Source of the DNA: Mobula hypostoma
Lineage: Eukaryota
Assembly: GCF_963921235.1 (NCBI RefSeq)
Contig: NC_086097.1
Span: forward strand, 235,912,001 to 235,976,000
Direction: 5' to 3'
DNA: 64,000 nt
This document shows positions 25,906-36,524 of this stretch, in pieces. Each line of letters starts with the position of its first letter. Within the stretch, counting starts at the first letter, position 1. The notes under the pieces were generated by a model. That model ran no database searches and was not told the origin of the DNA. It saw nothing but the letters and a program-made list of their open reading frames with translations. The translations under genes and the position numbers were made by a program.

Positions 25906-26116
25906 TCTTGTCTTGTCTTGTCCTCGCCTCCGTGGGGTAAGTCTGGCCGTCTTGCCGTTGCCCTGCGGGGAGTCATGTCTCGTCCTGTCCTCACCTCCGT
26001 GGGGTAAGTCAGGCCGTCTTGCCGTTGCCCCGCGGGGAGTCATGTCTTGTCTTGTCCTGTCCTCGGCTCCGTGGGGTAAGTCAGGCCGTCTTGCCATTGC
26101 CCCACGGAGGGTCATG
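25906..26116 (+). repeat. Three tandem ~67-72-bp GC-rich hairpin units within the LTR
   Basis: Unit TCCTCGCCTCCGTGGGGTAAGTCAGGCCGTCTTGCCGTTGCCCCGCGGGGAGTCATGTC x3. Confidence 0.9.
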
Positions 26117-26473
26117 AGTCCTGGCCCTATGTCCTGTACCCAAGGAGGGGTCCCGGCTCTCTGTTCTGTGTATGTGTCCATGGTTCCATGTACCTGCTCT
26201 CCCGAGACCGAGGCTCTGTGTTCCCATGTTCCTCCTCTCCCTTGCCCATGTCATGTCCTTGCCTGTTTCTGGGGCCAAGCCCGAGGCAAGACCCAGGTAC
26301 TGGTTCCTTGTCCAGTCTCGGGCTCGGAGTCCATACCCTAGCCTCTTCATGTCTCCTCTAGTTCTGGGAGCCAATTCCGAGTCCTAGCCTAGACCCTTGG
26401 TCCCAGTCTAGTCGTAGTCCTCAGACCTTGCCCAGTTCGCTACTCCTGCTCCTGCCTAGCTCTCCTGATATCA

Positions 26474-27092
26474 TAGAAAAACATAGAAAACATAGAAAAT
26501 AGGTGCAGGAGTAGGCCATTCGGCCCTTCGAGCCTGCACCGCCATTTATTATGATCATGGCTGATCATCCAACTCAGAACCCAGCCTTCCCTCCATACCC
26601 CCTGACCCCTGTAGCCACAAGGGCCATATCTAACTTCCTTTTAAACATAGCTAATGAACTGGCCTCAACAGTTTGCTGTGGCAGAGAATTCCACAGATTC
26701 ACCACTCTCTGTGTGAAGAAGTTTTACCTAACCTCGGTCCTAAAAGGCTTCCCCTCTATCCTCAAACTGTGACCCCTCGTTCTAGACCTCCCCAACATCG
26801 GGAACAATCTTCCCGCATCTAGCCTGTCCAATCCCTTTAGGATCTTATACGTTTCAATCAGATCCCCCCTCAATCTTCTAAATTCCAACGAGTACAAGCC
26901 CAGTTCATCCAGTCTTTCTTCATATGAAAGACCTGCCATCCCAGGAATCAATCTGGTGAACCTTCTTTGTACTCCCTCTATGGCAAAGATGTCTTTCCTC
27001 AGATTAGGGGACCAAAACTGCACACAATACTCCAGGTGTGGTCTCACCAAGGCCTTGTACAACTGCAGTAGTACCTCCCTGCTCCTGTACTC
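26474..27092 (-). mobile_element. Young CR1 3' fragment with ATATCA TSD
   Basis: ORF 26724-27062 [24 protein letters not shown] at 26468-26473 and 27093-27098. Confidence 0.9.
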
Positions 27093-27773
27093 ATATCAAA
27101 CAATAAACTAAATTTAATTAACCTCACAAGATGTCTCTTGCATTTGGGTCCACCCTTGCTCCCACTGCCCTGCCATTGTGACAATATTCTTGCTTTAAAA
27201 GGGATAGAGAGGAGGGAAAATGGGAGGAGGGGTGGCATTACTGGTCAGGGATACTATTACAGCTACAGAAAGGGTGGGTAATGTAGCAAGATCCTCTTTT
27301 GAGCCAGTATGGGTGGAAGTCAGGAACAGGAAGGGAGTAATTACTCTACTGGGGGTATTCTATAGGCCCCCTGGTAGCAGCAGAGATACAGAGGAGCAGA
27401 TTGGGAGGCAGATTTTGGAAAGGTGCAAAAATAACAGGGTTGTTATCATGAGTGACTTTAACTTCCCTAATATTGATTGGCACCTGATTAGTTCCAAGGG
27501 ATTAGATGGGGCAGAGTTTGTTAAGTGTGTCCAGGATGGATTCCTGTCACAGTATGTGAACAGGCCATCTAGGGGGAATGCCATACTAGATCTAGTACTA
27601 GGTAATGAACCGGGTCAGGTCACAGATCTCTCAGTGGGTGAGCATCTGGGGGACAGTGACCACCGCTCCCTGGCCTTGAGCATTAACATGGAAAAGGATA
27701 GAATCAAAGAGGACAGGAAAATTTTTTAATCAGGGAAGGGCAAATTATGAGGCTATAAGGCTAGAACTTGTGG

Positions 27774-28055
27774 GCACAGGAGTACATTCAGCCAGAGACT
27801 CATTCCACCGAGATGCAACACAGAGCATCATAGGAAGTCATTCCTGCCTGTAGCCATCAAACTTTACCGCTCCTCCCTTGGAGGGTCAGACACCCTGAGC
27901 CAATAGGCTGGTCCTGGACTTATTTCATAATTTACTGGCATAATTTACATATTACTATTTAACTATTTATGGTTTTATTACTATTTATTATTTATGGTGC
28001 AACTGTAACGAAAACCAATTTCCCCCGGGATCAATAAAGTATGACTATGACTATG
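27774..28055 (+). mobile_element. Rex1/Babar LINE 3' end
   Basis: STFSQRLIPPRCNTEHHRKSFLPVAIKLY, then GGGATCAATAAAG and a (TATGAC)n tail. Confidence 0.85.
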
Positions 28056-28756
28056 TCCCAGGTGGGTTTCTTTAGAAGCTAACTCGGTTAATAAGTTTTC
28101 TATTATCTCCCTTCTGGGATCTTCACTTCCTTTATCCTTAAGTAAGATAACTGAAAATGTGGTAGTCAAACACACTTTGGGGATTTGGATATAATTTAGA
28201 AAACACTTTGGTTTATCGAGATTCTCCCTTTCTAGTCCCATTTTTTAAAATTATTTTTTTAAGCCTTCTATGACTGATGTAGTTTTTAAACAATAGGAAA
28301 GGTTGGGCATTACGTGCTTCCGGGATATGTTTGTGGGAGGAAGTCTACCTTTGTTTGAACAATTGTCAATTAAATTTAGTTTACCAAAAACTCATTTTTT
28401 TCAGTACTTACAAATTAGAGATTTTCTGCGATCTCAATTATATACATTTCCTAATAGTCCTGATCAGAACGTATTAGATGAAATTCTTAATATGAAATCA
28501 TTCTATAATGGTTCAATATCCAATATTTATGATATGTTGTTGGGAATGAGAAATGATTCTTTAGACAAAATTGAAAATCTTTGGGAACAAGATTTACAGA
28601 CCTCAATTTCTGAAGAAACTTGGAATGAGATTTTTAAATTGGTTAATACTTCATTGTTATGTGCTCGTCATTCCCTCCTACAATTTAAAGTGGTTCATAG
28701 GCCTTATATGACCAAGGATAAGTTATCTCATTTTTATATTGATATTGATTTTTATT

Positions 28757-28851
28757 GGAGGATCAGCCATGATCATAATAAATGCTGGTGCAGGCTCGAA
28801 GGGCTGAATGGCCTACTCCTGCACCGATTTTCTATGTTTCTATGTTTCTAT
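28757..28851 (+). mobile_element. CR1 3' tail inserted in L1
   Basis: GATCAGCCATGATCATAATAAATG..TTCTATGTTTCTATGTTTCTA. Confidence 0.85.
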
Positions 28852-29169
28852 ATATCTCCCTACTGTGATAAGTGTAACAATGGAGAAGCTTCACTTATTC
28901 ATATGTTCTGGACGTGCCCAAGTCTTGGAAAATATTGGCAGGAAGTATTCCAATCTTTTTCTGTACTCTTTAAAGTAAATTTTAAGCCTAACCCTTTGCC
29001 TGCCCTACTTGGTATTGTTGGAAGGAAAGATATCATCTTGAAGACACCTGATTTGCACATTCTGACTTTTACCTCTCTTATGGCTAGAAGAGCACTTTTG
29101 TTTAGAAGGATGCTGTTCCGCCTAATCATGTCCAGTGGTTACGAGATGTTATGTCATGCCTCCTACAAT

Positions 29170-30790
29170 TTAAAAGTGGGCATGCAGGTACAGCAGGCGG
29201 TGAAAAAGGCGAATGGTATGCTGGCATTTATAGCGAGGGGATTCGAGTACAGGAGCAGGGAGGTACTACTGCAGTTGTACAAGGCCTTGGTGAGACCACA
29301 CCTGGAGTATTGTGTGCAGTTTTGGTCCCCTAATCTGAGGAAAGACGTCTTTGCCATAGAGGGAGTACAAAGAAGGTTCACCAGATTGATTCCTGGGATG
29401 GCGGGACTTTCATATGAAGAAAGACTGGATGAAGTCAGTTATCAAGGATGTGATAACAGCACATTTGGAAAGCGGTGAAATGATCGGACAAAGTCAGCAT
29501 GGATATGTGAAAGGAAAATCATGTCTGACGAATCTCATAGAATTTTTTGAGGATGTAACTAGTAGAGTGGATAGGGGAGAACCAGTGGATGTGGTATATT
29601 TGGATTTTCAAAAGGCTTTTGACAAGGTCCCACACAGGAGATTAGTGTGCAAACTTAAAGCACACGGTATTGGGGGTAAGGTATTGGTGTGGGTGGAGAA
29701 TTGGTTAGCAGACAGGAAGCAAAGAGTGGGAATAAACGGGACCTTTTCAGAATGGCAGGCGGTGACTAGTGGGGTACCGCAAGGCTCAGTGCTGGGACCC
29801 CAGTTGTTTACAATATATATTAATGACTTGGATGAGGGAATTAAATGCAGCATCTCCAAGTTTGCGGATGACACGAAGCTGGGTGGCAGTGTTAGCAGTG
29901 AGGAGGATGCTAAGAGGATGCAGGGTGACTTGGATAGGTTGGGTGAGTGGGCAAACTCATGGCAGATGCAATTTAATGTGGATAAATGTGAAGTTATCCA
30001 CTTTGGTGGCAAAAATAGGAAAACAGATTATTAGCTGAATGGTGGCCGATTAGGAAAAGGGGAGGTGCAACGAGACCTGGGTGTCATTATACAGCAGTCA
30101 TTGAAAGTGGGCATGCAGGTACAGCAGGCGGTGAAAAAGGCGAATGGTATGCTAGCATTTATAGCGAGAGGATTCGAGTACAGGAGCAGGGAGGTACTAC
30201 TGCAGTTGTACAAGGCCTTGGTGAGACCACACCTGGAGTATTGTGTGCAGTTTTGGTCCCCTAATCTGAGGAAAGACATCTTTGCCATAGAGGGAGTACA
30301 AAGAAGCTTCACCAGATTGATTCCTGGGATGGCAGGACTTTCATATGAAGAAAGACTGGATGAACTGGGCTTGTACTCGTTGGAATTTAGAAGATTGAGG
30401 GGGGATCTGATTGAAACGTATAAGATCCTAAAGGGATTGGACAGGCTGGATGCAGGAAGATTGTTCCCGATGTTGGGGAAGTCCAGAACGAGGGGTCACA
30501 GTTTGAGGATAGAGGGGAAGCCTTTTAGGACCGAGATTAGGAAAAACTTCTTCACACAGAGAGTGGTGAATCTGTGGAATTCTCTGCCACAGGAAACTGT
30601 TGAGGCCAGTTCATTGGCTATGTTTAAGAGGGAGTTAGATATGGGCCCTGTGGCTACAGGGGTCAGGGGGTATGGAGGGAAGGCTGGGGCGGGGTTCTGA
30701 GTTGGATGATCAGCCATGATCATAATAAATGGCGGTGCAGGCTCGAAGGGCCGAATGGCCTACTCCTGCACCTATTTTCTATGTTTCTAT
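29170..30790 (+). mobile_element. Young CR1 (RT and 3' end) with a rearranged 5' segment
   Basis: ORFs 29414-30034 and 30065-30700 are separated by one nonsense codon. 29173-29433 duplicates 30103-30365. ATGCCT direct repeat on both sides. Confidence 0.95.
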
Positions 30791-32019
30791 GCCTAAATTT
30801 AGAAAAGATTTGTTGTTCAGTTTCTGAATCTAACCAAGATTTTCAAAATTTGTGGGGGCCATTTTTAAATTATTTTCATAATCTTTGACTTCTTGTTAAA
30901 GTACAGAAGCTGGTTAATAGCATATTTTATTATCTGATAAGTTTTTTTTCTTTCTTTCCCAAACAGCTTCGACTCTGGTAGCGGGTGTAGATCTTATTTT
31001 TTAATAAAATTGTTCATATTCTAATATACGAATTAATCCAATCTATATGAATATAGAGTAAAAAGTTTGTTAATGTGATTCAATATACTGTATCTATTTT
31101 TCTTTTGTTTTATAATATGTATTCTCTTGAACTCTGTATTCTTCTATATAGAAATCAATAAAAAAAATTGGAAAAGAAGAGTGTGTTGCTCAACATTTCC
31201 AGCATCTGTAGGATCTCCTATCTCTCTGTATGAATCTTTGCACCTTATAAGCCATGCTCTCATGTTGTGAAGGACAAGCTGCATGCAAGTCTGGTCTGCT
31301 TCAGTTATTGATAACTTGTGAATAGTATTGGATTCTTAAATCAATTCAGGTTTAGAGAGTCCTTGATAAACAAATCCATTTTCAGATGAACGTGTGCACA
31401 GGCTTTTCTCACTACTTTCAAAACAAAAGTTGTAATTGACTGCATTTATTTAAACTGAATGTGGATGCCACTACTTAGAGCTGTCTTTGCACATCAAGGC
31501 TGTTTTGTGTGACACCTTCTAAAAATAATAAGTTGATAACAGCAGAACATGGGAAAGAGGCTATCAGAGGACAAGTGAACAGGTCAATCAACAGTGTATG
31601 TCCTGAATTATCAGATGAAAAGACTGCAAAGCAAAAAGTGCAAGTAATTTACAGTAGGAAAACTTGATTAAGAAAAAAACAGAAATAACAAATGCCTCCA
31701 TTTGTGAAAGTTCAATTACTACATCAGCTAGCAACACACAAAATTTTGGAGAAACTCAGCAGGCCAGGCAGCATCTATGATTAAAAGTAAACAGTTGACA
31801 TTTGGGGCCAAGACCCTTCATCAGGACTGTGGAGAAAGCGAAGTCAGTGTAGGGGAGGAAGAAGTACAAGGTGGTAGATGATGGGTGAAACCGAGAGTGG
31901 AGAGCAGGTGGAGTAAAGAGCTGGGAAGTTGATTGGTGAAAGAGATAAAGGACTGGAGAAAGGGGGAATCTGATCGGAGAGGACAGAAGACCATGGAAGA
32001 AAGGGAAGGAGGAGGAATG

Positions 32020-32175
32020 GGATGTGGAATTAAAATGTGTGGCCACTGGGAGATCCTGCTTTCTCTGGCGGACAGAGCGTAGGTGTTCAGCGAAACGATC
32101 TCCCGGTCTGCATCGGGTCTCACCAACGTATAGAAGGCCACATCGGGAGCACCGGACGCAATATATCACCCCAGC
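32020..32175 (-). pseudogene. Penelope GIY-YIG endonuclease fragment
   Basis: IYCVRCSRCGLLYVGETRCRPGDRFAEHLRSVRQRKQDLPVATHFNS shows the PLE GIY-YIG pattern with CxxC between the tyrosine motifs. Confidence 0.9.
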
Positions 32176-32755
32176 CGACTCCAGTGCTCCTGATGGCCTT
32201 CTATGTATTGGTGAGACCTGACGCAGACTGGGAGGTCATTTCGCTGAGCACCTACACTCTGTCCGCAAGAGAAAGCAGGATCTCCCGGTAGCCACACATT
32301 TTAATTCCACGTCCCATTCCCATTCTGATATGTCTATCCACGGCCTCCTCTACTATAAAGGTGAAGCCACACTCAGTTTGTAGGAACAACAGCTTATATT
32401 CCGTCTGGGTAGCCTCCAACCTGATGGCATGGACATTGACTTCTCTAACTTTCGCTAATGCCTCGCCTCCCCCTCGTACCCCATCCATTATTTATTTATA
32501 TACACCCATTCTTTTTCACTCTCTCCTTTTTCTCCCTCTGTCCCTCTCACTATACCCCTTGCCCATCCTCTGGGTTTTTCCCCCTCCCCCTTTTCTTTCT
32601 CCCAAGGCCTCCTGTCCCATGATGCTCTCATATCCCTTTTGCCAATCACCTGTCCAGCTCTTGGCTCCATCCCTCCCCCTCCTGTCTTCTCCTATCATTT
32701 TGGATCTCCCCCTCCCCCTCCCACTTTCAAATCTCTTACTAGCTCTTCCTTCAGT

Positions 32756-32793
32756 TAGTCCTGATGAAGGGTCTCGGCCCGAAACATCGACTG
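32756..32793 (+). ncRNA. Minimal hammerhead ribozyme motif
   Basis: TAGTC CTGATGA AGGGTCTCGGCCC GAAA CATC GACTG. Core is intact, but the ACGT palindrome has decayed to ACAT. Confidence 0.7.
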
Positions 32794-33184
32794 TACCTCT
32801 TCCTAGAGATGCTGCCTGGACCTGCTGTGTTCACCAGCAACTTTGATGTGTGTTGCTTGAAATTCCAGCATCTGCAGATTTCCTCGTGTTAGCGCTCCCA
32901 ATCTACATCAGGTTTCACACTACTACCTACATCACCTACATTGCTTAGGCATTGAGATTCTTAAAAGGGGGCAGAGTTTTAAAATGACTTATAATATTCT
33001 GGGTAAGTTCATTTGGTTCCAGGTGAAATAAAAATGTATTTGTCATGTACATTGTGACATCGAAGCATGCAGGGTAATGTGTATTTTGCATTAATGACCA
33101 ACCCAGTCTGAGGAACTGCTGGAGGCAGCCCACAGGTATCCCCATGTTCCCAGTGCCAACAGAGCATATTCACAATTTACTCCC

Positions 33185-33340
33185 AGTACGTCTTTGGAAT
33201 GTATGTGGGAGGAACCCGGTGCACATGGAGGAAACCCATGTGGTCATGGGGAGAATGTACAAACTCCTTATAGACAGTGGCAGGAACTAAACTCCAGTTG
33301 CTGGTGGTGTATACCATTATGATTACCATTATCACTGTGC
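33185..33340 (-). mobile_element. V-SINE (HE1-like) fragment
   Basis: GTCTTTGGAATGT..GGGAGGAACCCGG..GGAGAATGTACAAACTCC is the reverse complement of the V-domain. Confidence 0.7.
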
Positions 33341-33717
33341 CATATCAGATATTTGCTGAATTTCAATGGTAAAGCTCACAGCAATATATAATTTTCATGA
33401 GCCAATGGGAAAGTAGTTACCAGGAGTAAACCTCGTCTGGATATTCATTTGTAATTCTCCATCTGCTTCATACCCTGAACTTGGTTACGCAATGAATTTG
33501 TGCGTAAGTAAAGAGCAAGCACATTAACACAATGTTTGAAGTGTATCTGAAATTTAGATTTCTTGTTCATCGATAGCTAAAGATCCTCTGCAAGGAATGT
33601 ACTGGAGAGTTCAATGATCAATTCCTGAGCCTAAAATTAATAGCTACTAAATTGAAGAAAGAGAGTAGGATTTAAGGTTTATATTTTGCGACTGCATCTG
33701 ATTGTGGGTTTATTTAA

Positions 33718-34637
33718 TTGCATCCTGTTGAACCAATCCTCCCCCCTCTAACACTGGTCCACTCACACAATGGCCATGCCAACAATGGCTGCTGTACTTA
33801 TCCCTGCATAATTTTTATTTGCCCTCGCTAATAAATCAAACGTTGAAAAAATTCAATAAAGAACATAATAAAATGTGAATGGAGACCTAATGTGGGTATG
33901 TCTGTGACTTTCCTTCCTCATTGTAACAGGGCCCAATGGGAACTTCAGGGCGCTATCAAATAAAATGCTGGCAAGTGTCCTTGTATGGTTGCAGTGGGGT
34001 TGGCTACCGAACTGCAGCATTGAAGTTTGAATGGATGTGAAAATGAGCCAAGATCAAAATTGCTGGATAATTGCTTGTTACACAATTATAGCAAAGTTCT
34101 TGAGGTGCTTACAATTGGCGGTGCAATTGCTTGCCAAATACAGATAAAGGAACAAAATACAATTTCAAATGTTTTCTCTCATCAGACATTTCAGCTTGTC
34201 TTAATTCTGGTGCCATAAACAATCTCTTGGCCAGTTCTGAAATGACATTTAGGCAGCACTTGAGTAGCATTCTGAGTAATGACATGAGTGTGTTCTGGGC
34301 ATTGGGACTTGATCGATTTTATTTTCTGGTGCCCAATCAAACTGAGAAAGCAGACTACACATGTCAGGGAGAAAGATTTAAAAAGGACCAATGCAGGCTT
34401 TCGGCTTTTTACAAAATCAAGAGAGGAGGTGACACATAGCTTGGGATGAAAGATTTATAAGGAGCAGTCATGGGCTTTTGACTTTTTTTTTCCGGCAGCA
34501 CAATTGAATCATCATTTATTAGCAAAGGCAAATAAAAACTATGCAGGGACACGCGAGTAGCCATTGTTGGAACAGTGTTTGCGCGTGTGGACCAGTGTTA
34601 GAGCGGAGATGCTTTGGCTCAACAGGCCTGAATGCAA
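33718..34637. repeat. Long imperfect inverted repeat, arms 33718-33836 and 34514-34637, 677-bp spacer
   Basis: Manual alignment gives about 96/125 Watson-Crick columns, including perfect blocks CTCTAACACTGGTCCAC, CCAACAATGGCT, TCCCTGCATA, TTTTTATTTGCC and GCTAATAAAT. Confidence 0.9.
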
Positions 34638-34942
34638 ACAGGTACATTTCTGGTAAGTTTCTTCCTCGTTCTTTGTCTGTTAGTGCAGTGAGAATGGCCC
34701 TAGGGGCTGTGTTGTGTTCATTGTGGGAATTTTGGGAGACCTTCTGCCTCCCAGATAAACACATCTGCTGCAGGTGTACCTAGATGCATCTCCTTAGAGA
34801 ATGTGGTAAGGAACAGGAGCTGAAGTTTAGTGACCTTCAGCTCATATGGGAAATTGAGGAGGTGATAGATAGGAGCTACAGGGAGGTAGTCACCCTTAAA
34901 TCGTAGGAGGCAGGTTCCTGGGTGACTTATCCTCCAACCTAA

Positions 34943-35482
34943 GTGTGGCCTCAGACTAAGCAGGATCTCACAGTGGCCACCTATCTTAATTTTACTTCCC
35001 ATTCCTATTCCGATATGATCCTCCACTGGTGGGATAAGACCACACTTAGGTTGGAGGAACGACACCTTATATTCTGTTTGGGTAGCCTCCAACCTGATGG
35101 CATGAACATTGATTTCTCAAAACTTCCAGTAATGCCTCCCCTACCTTCACCATTTCCCATCCGCTTGCCCCTCTCTCATGTTATCTCCTTGCCCACCCAT
35201 CACCTCCCTCTGGTGCTCCTCTCCCTCCCCCATTTTTTTCTTTTTTTTTCCATGACCTTCTGTCTCTTTCACCAATTGACTTCTTAGCTCTTTGCTTCAT
35301 CTTGTCCCCTCCTTTCACCTATCACCAGGCATTTCTCACTGCCCTCCCCCAACCTTTCAAATCTACTCCTCATTTTTTTCTCTCCAATCCTGCCGACGGG
35401 TTTTGGCCCAGAATGTTAACTGTACTTTTTTCCATAGATGCTGCCTGGCCTGCTGAATTCCTATAGCGTTTTTTGTGTGTTT
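34943..35482 (+). mobile_element. Penelope-like 3' end with decayed hammerhead
   Basis: ORF 34943-35287 DLTVATYLNF..RLEERHLIFCLGSLQPDGMNIDFS, followed by the pLTR terminus GATGCTGCCTGGCCTGCTG. Confidence 0.8.
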
Positions 35483-35599
35483 CTGTAAATGTCACTACTC
35501 TTCACAAAGTGATGGAGGCAGATGAAAGGAAGTTATAAGCCAGTTAGCCCGACCTCAGTGGTTGGGAGGATATTGGAGTTGATTTTTAAGGGTGAGGTT

Positions 35600-35872
35600 T
35601 CAGGGTTCATTTAGAACAGATATAAGGAGGAATTTCTTTAGCCAGAGAGTGGTGAATCTATGGAATTCATTGCTGCAGGTAGCTATGGAGCCCAGTCATT
35701 AGGTGTGTTTTGGGCTGTCGTTAATAGGTTCTTGATTAGTCAGGGAGTGAAAAGTTACAGGAAGAAGGTAGGAGAATGGGGTTGAAAGGAAAAACGGATC
35801 AGCTGTGATGAAACAGTGGAGCACAGTCGATAAGCCAAATGGCCTAACTCTTACCTCTTGCGGTCTTATGGG
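35600..35872 (+). mobile_element. CR1 3' tail
   Basis: TTCTTTAGCCAGAGAGTGGTGAATCTATGGAATTC..GGCCTAA. Confidence 0.75.
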
Positions 35873-36524
35873 CTTCTGGTTATCTTTGCAACTAATTTTA
35901 TATCTTAATGATGGAGAATGTAGTGGAACTATCAGAGAAACCTATAACTGCTGCCATCTGGAAGAACAGAGTCAATCTTCCCATGTGAACATAGTCACAT
36001 CCAAATTCTCTTCAAAGTGACACAGTTTTCTGATTGCAATGAAATTCTCCTCTTGCACATACCACTGCTGTGGTGCTGCAGGTAAGGACTTTGGCCAGAT
36101 AATACAAGAAAGTCTCTCTGGTGTGTACTGCAGTACACCATCAACTACTTCAGACATCTGAGCCTTTGTTTAGGGACTTTGTCTATTTTCTCCACAATAT
36201 TTTTGCTTGCTCCATGACTGTCATCGTGGGAATGGCAGGTGAGGTGTCCGAGGACAGGTGAGCATGACAAACTGCCCAAGAATAATGTGTCATATAAGCT
36301 ATCTGGGTCTGCGATACTTGCTGTTATTACTCTGTGCCTCAGATTAACTTTCATTCATAGAGCATTGAGCATGACAGCACAATACAAGCCCTTAGGTCCA
36401 TCATGTTGTGCTGACCTTTTAACGCACTCCAAGATTAATCTAATCCTTCGCTCCCACATGGTCTCCCATTTTCCTATCATCCATGTGCCTGTCTAACAGT
36501 TTCTTAAATATACATGATGTATGT

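Larger units (their letters stand above)
25268..27183 (+). mobile_element. Solo LTR (probably Ty3/Gypsy) with 5-bp TSD, containing a nested CR1
   Basis: Ends are TATCATGG (TG decayed) and TTGTGACA. ATATT is duplicated at 25263-25267 and 27184-27188. AATAAA at ~27102. It splits CR1 ORF2. Confidence 0.75.
24555..27773 (+). mobile_element. CR1 5' region (internally deleted ORF1 and APE start), split by a solo LTR
   Basis: ORF1 remnants PVTIALNNKYTVL and DGLHLNSRGSNILAGRF (SGNH esterase-type block V). ORF2 YFNAKSIRNK..VAITETWL, continuing after 27184 as GGGVALLV..GVFYRPP..DFNFP..ILDL..SDH. Confidence 0.85.
28056..31177 (+). mobile_element. L1-clade LINE ORF2 3' end with A-rich tail, split by two CR1 insertions
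   Basis: FSLPKTHFFQYLQIRDF, LLQFKVVHRPY, CCHC knuckle CDKC..SLIHMFWTC. The frame resumes after 30790 as ..MSCLNLEKI..LWGPFLNYF*. AATAAA/A-tail near 31157. Confidence 0.85.
31730..32892. mobile_element. Penelope-like fold-back: minus piece 31730-32183 and plus piece 32184-32892
   Basis: Both halves carry GIY-YIG coding remnants and pLTR termini in opposite orientation. Confidence 0.85.

Noticed and set aside
25906..26116. CRISPR-like array
   Set aside because: The units are contiguous tandem repeats without unique spacers, in a vertebrate LTR.
25777..26374. Repetitive ORFs on both strands
   Set aside because: Products of GC-rich tandem repeats inside the LTR, with no recognisable domain.
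28303..29478. 391-aa ORF as a novel L1-CR1 fusion gene
   Set aside because: It reads through L1, a CR1 3' UTR insert, out-of-frame L1 and then CR1. It is an accidental patchwork with no evidence of a promoter or selection.
29608..30312. Recurrent antisense ORFs (MPPKWITSHLSTLNC.., also at 37922-38233 and 53206-53610)
   Set aside because: Shadow frames of CR1 ORF2; they recur only because the copies are nearly identical.
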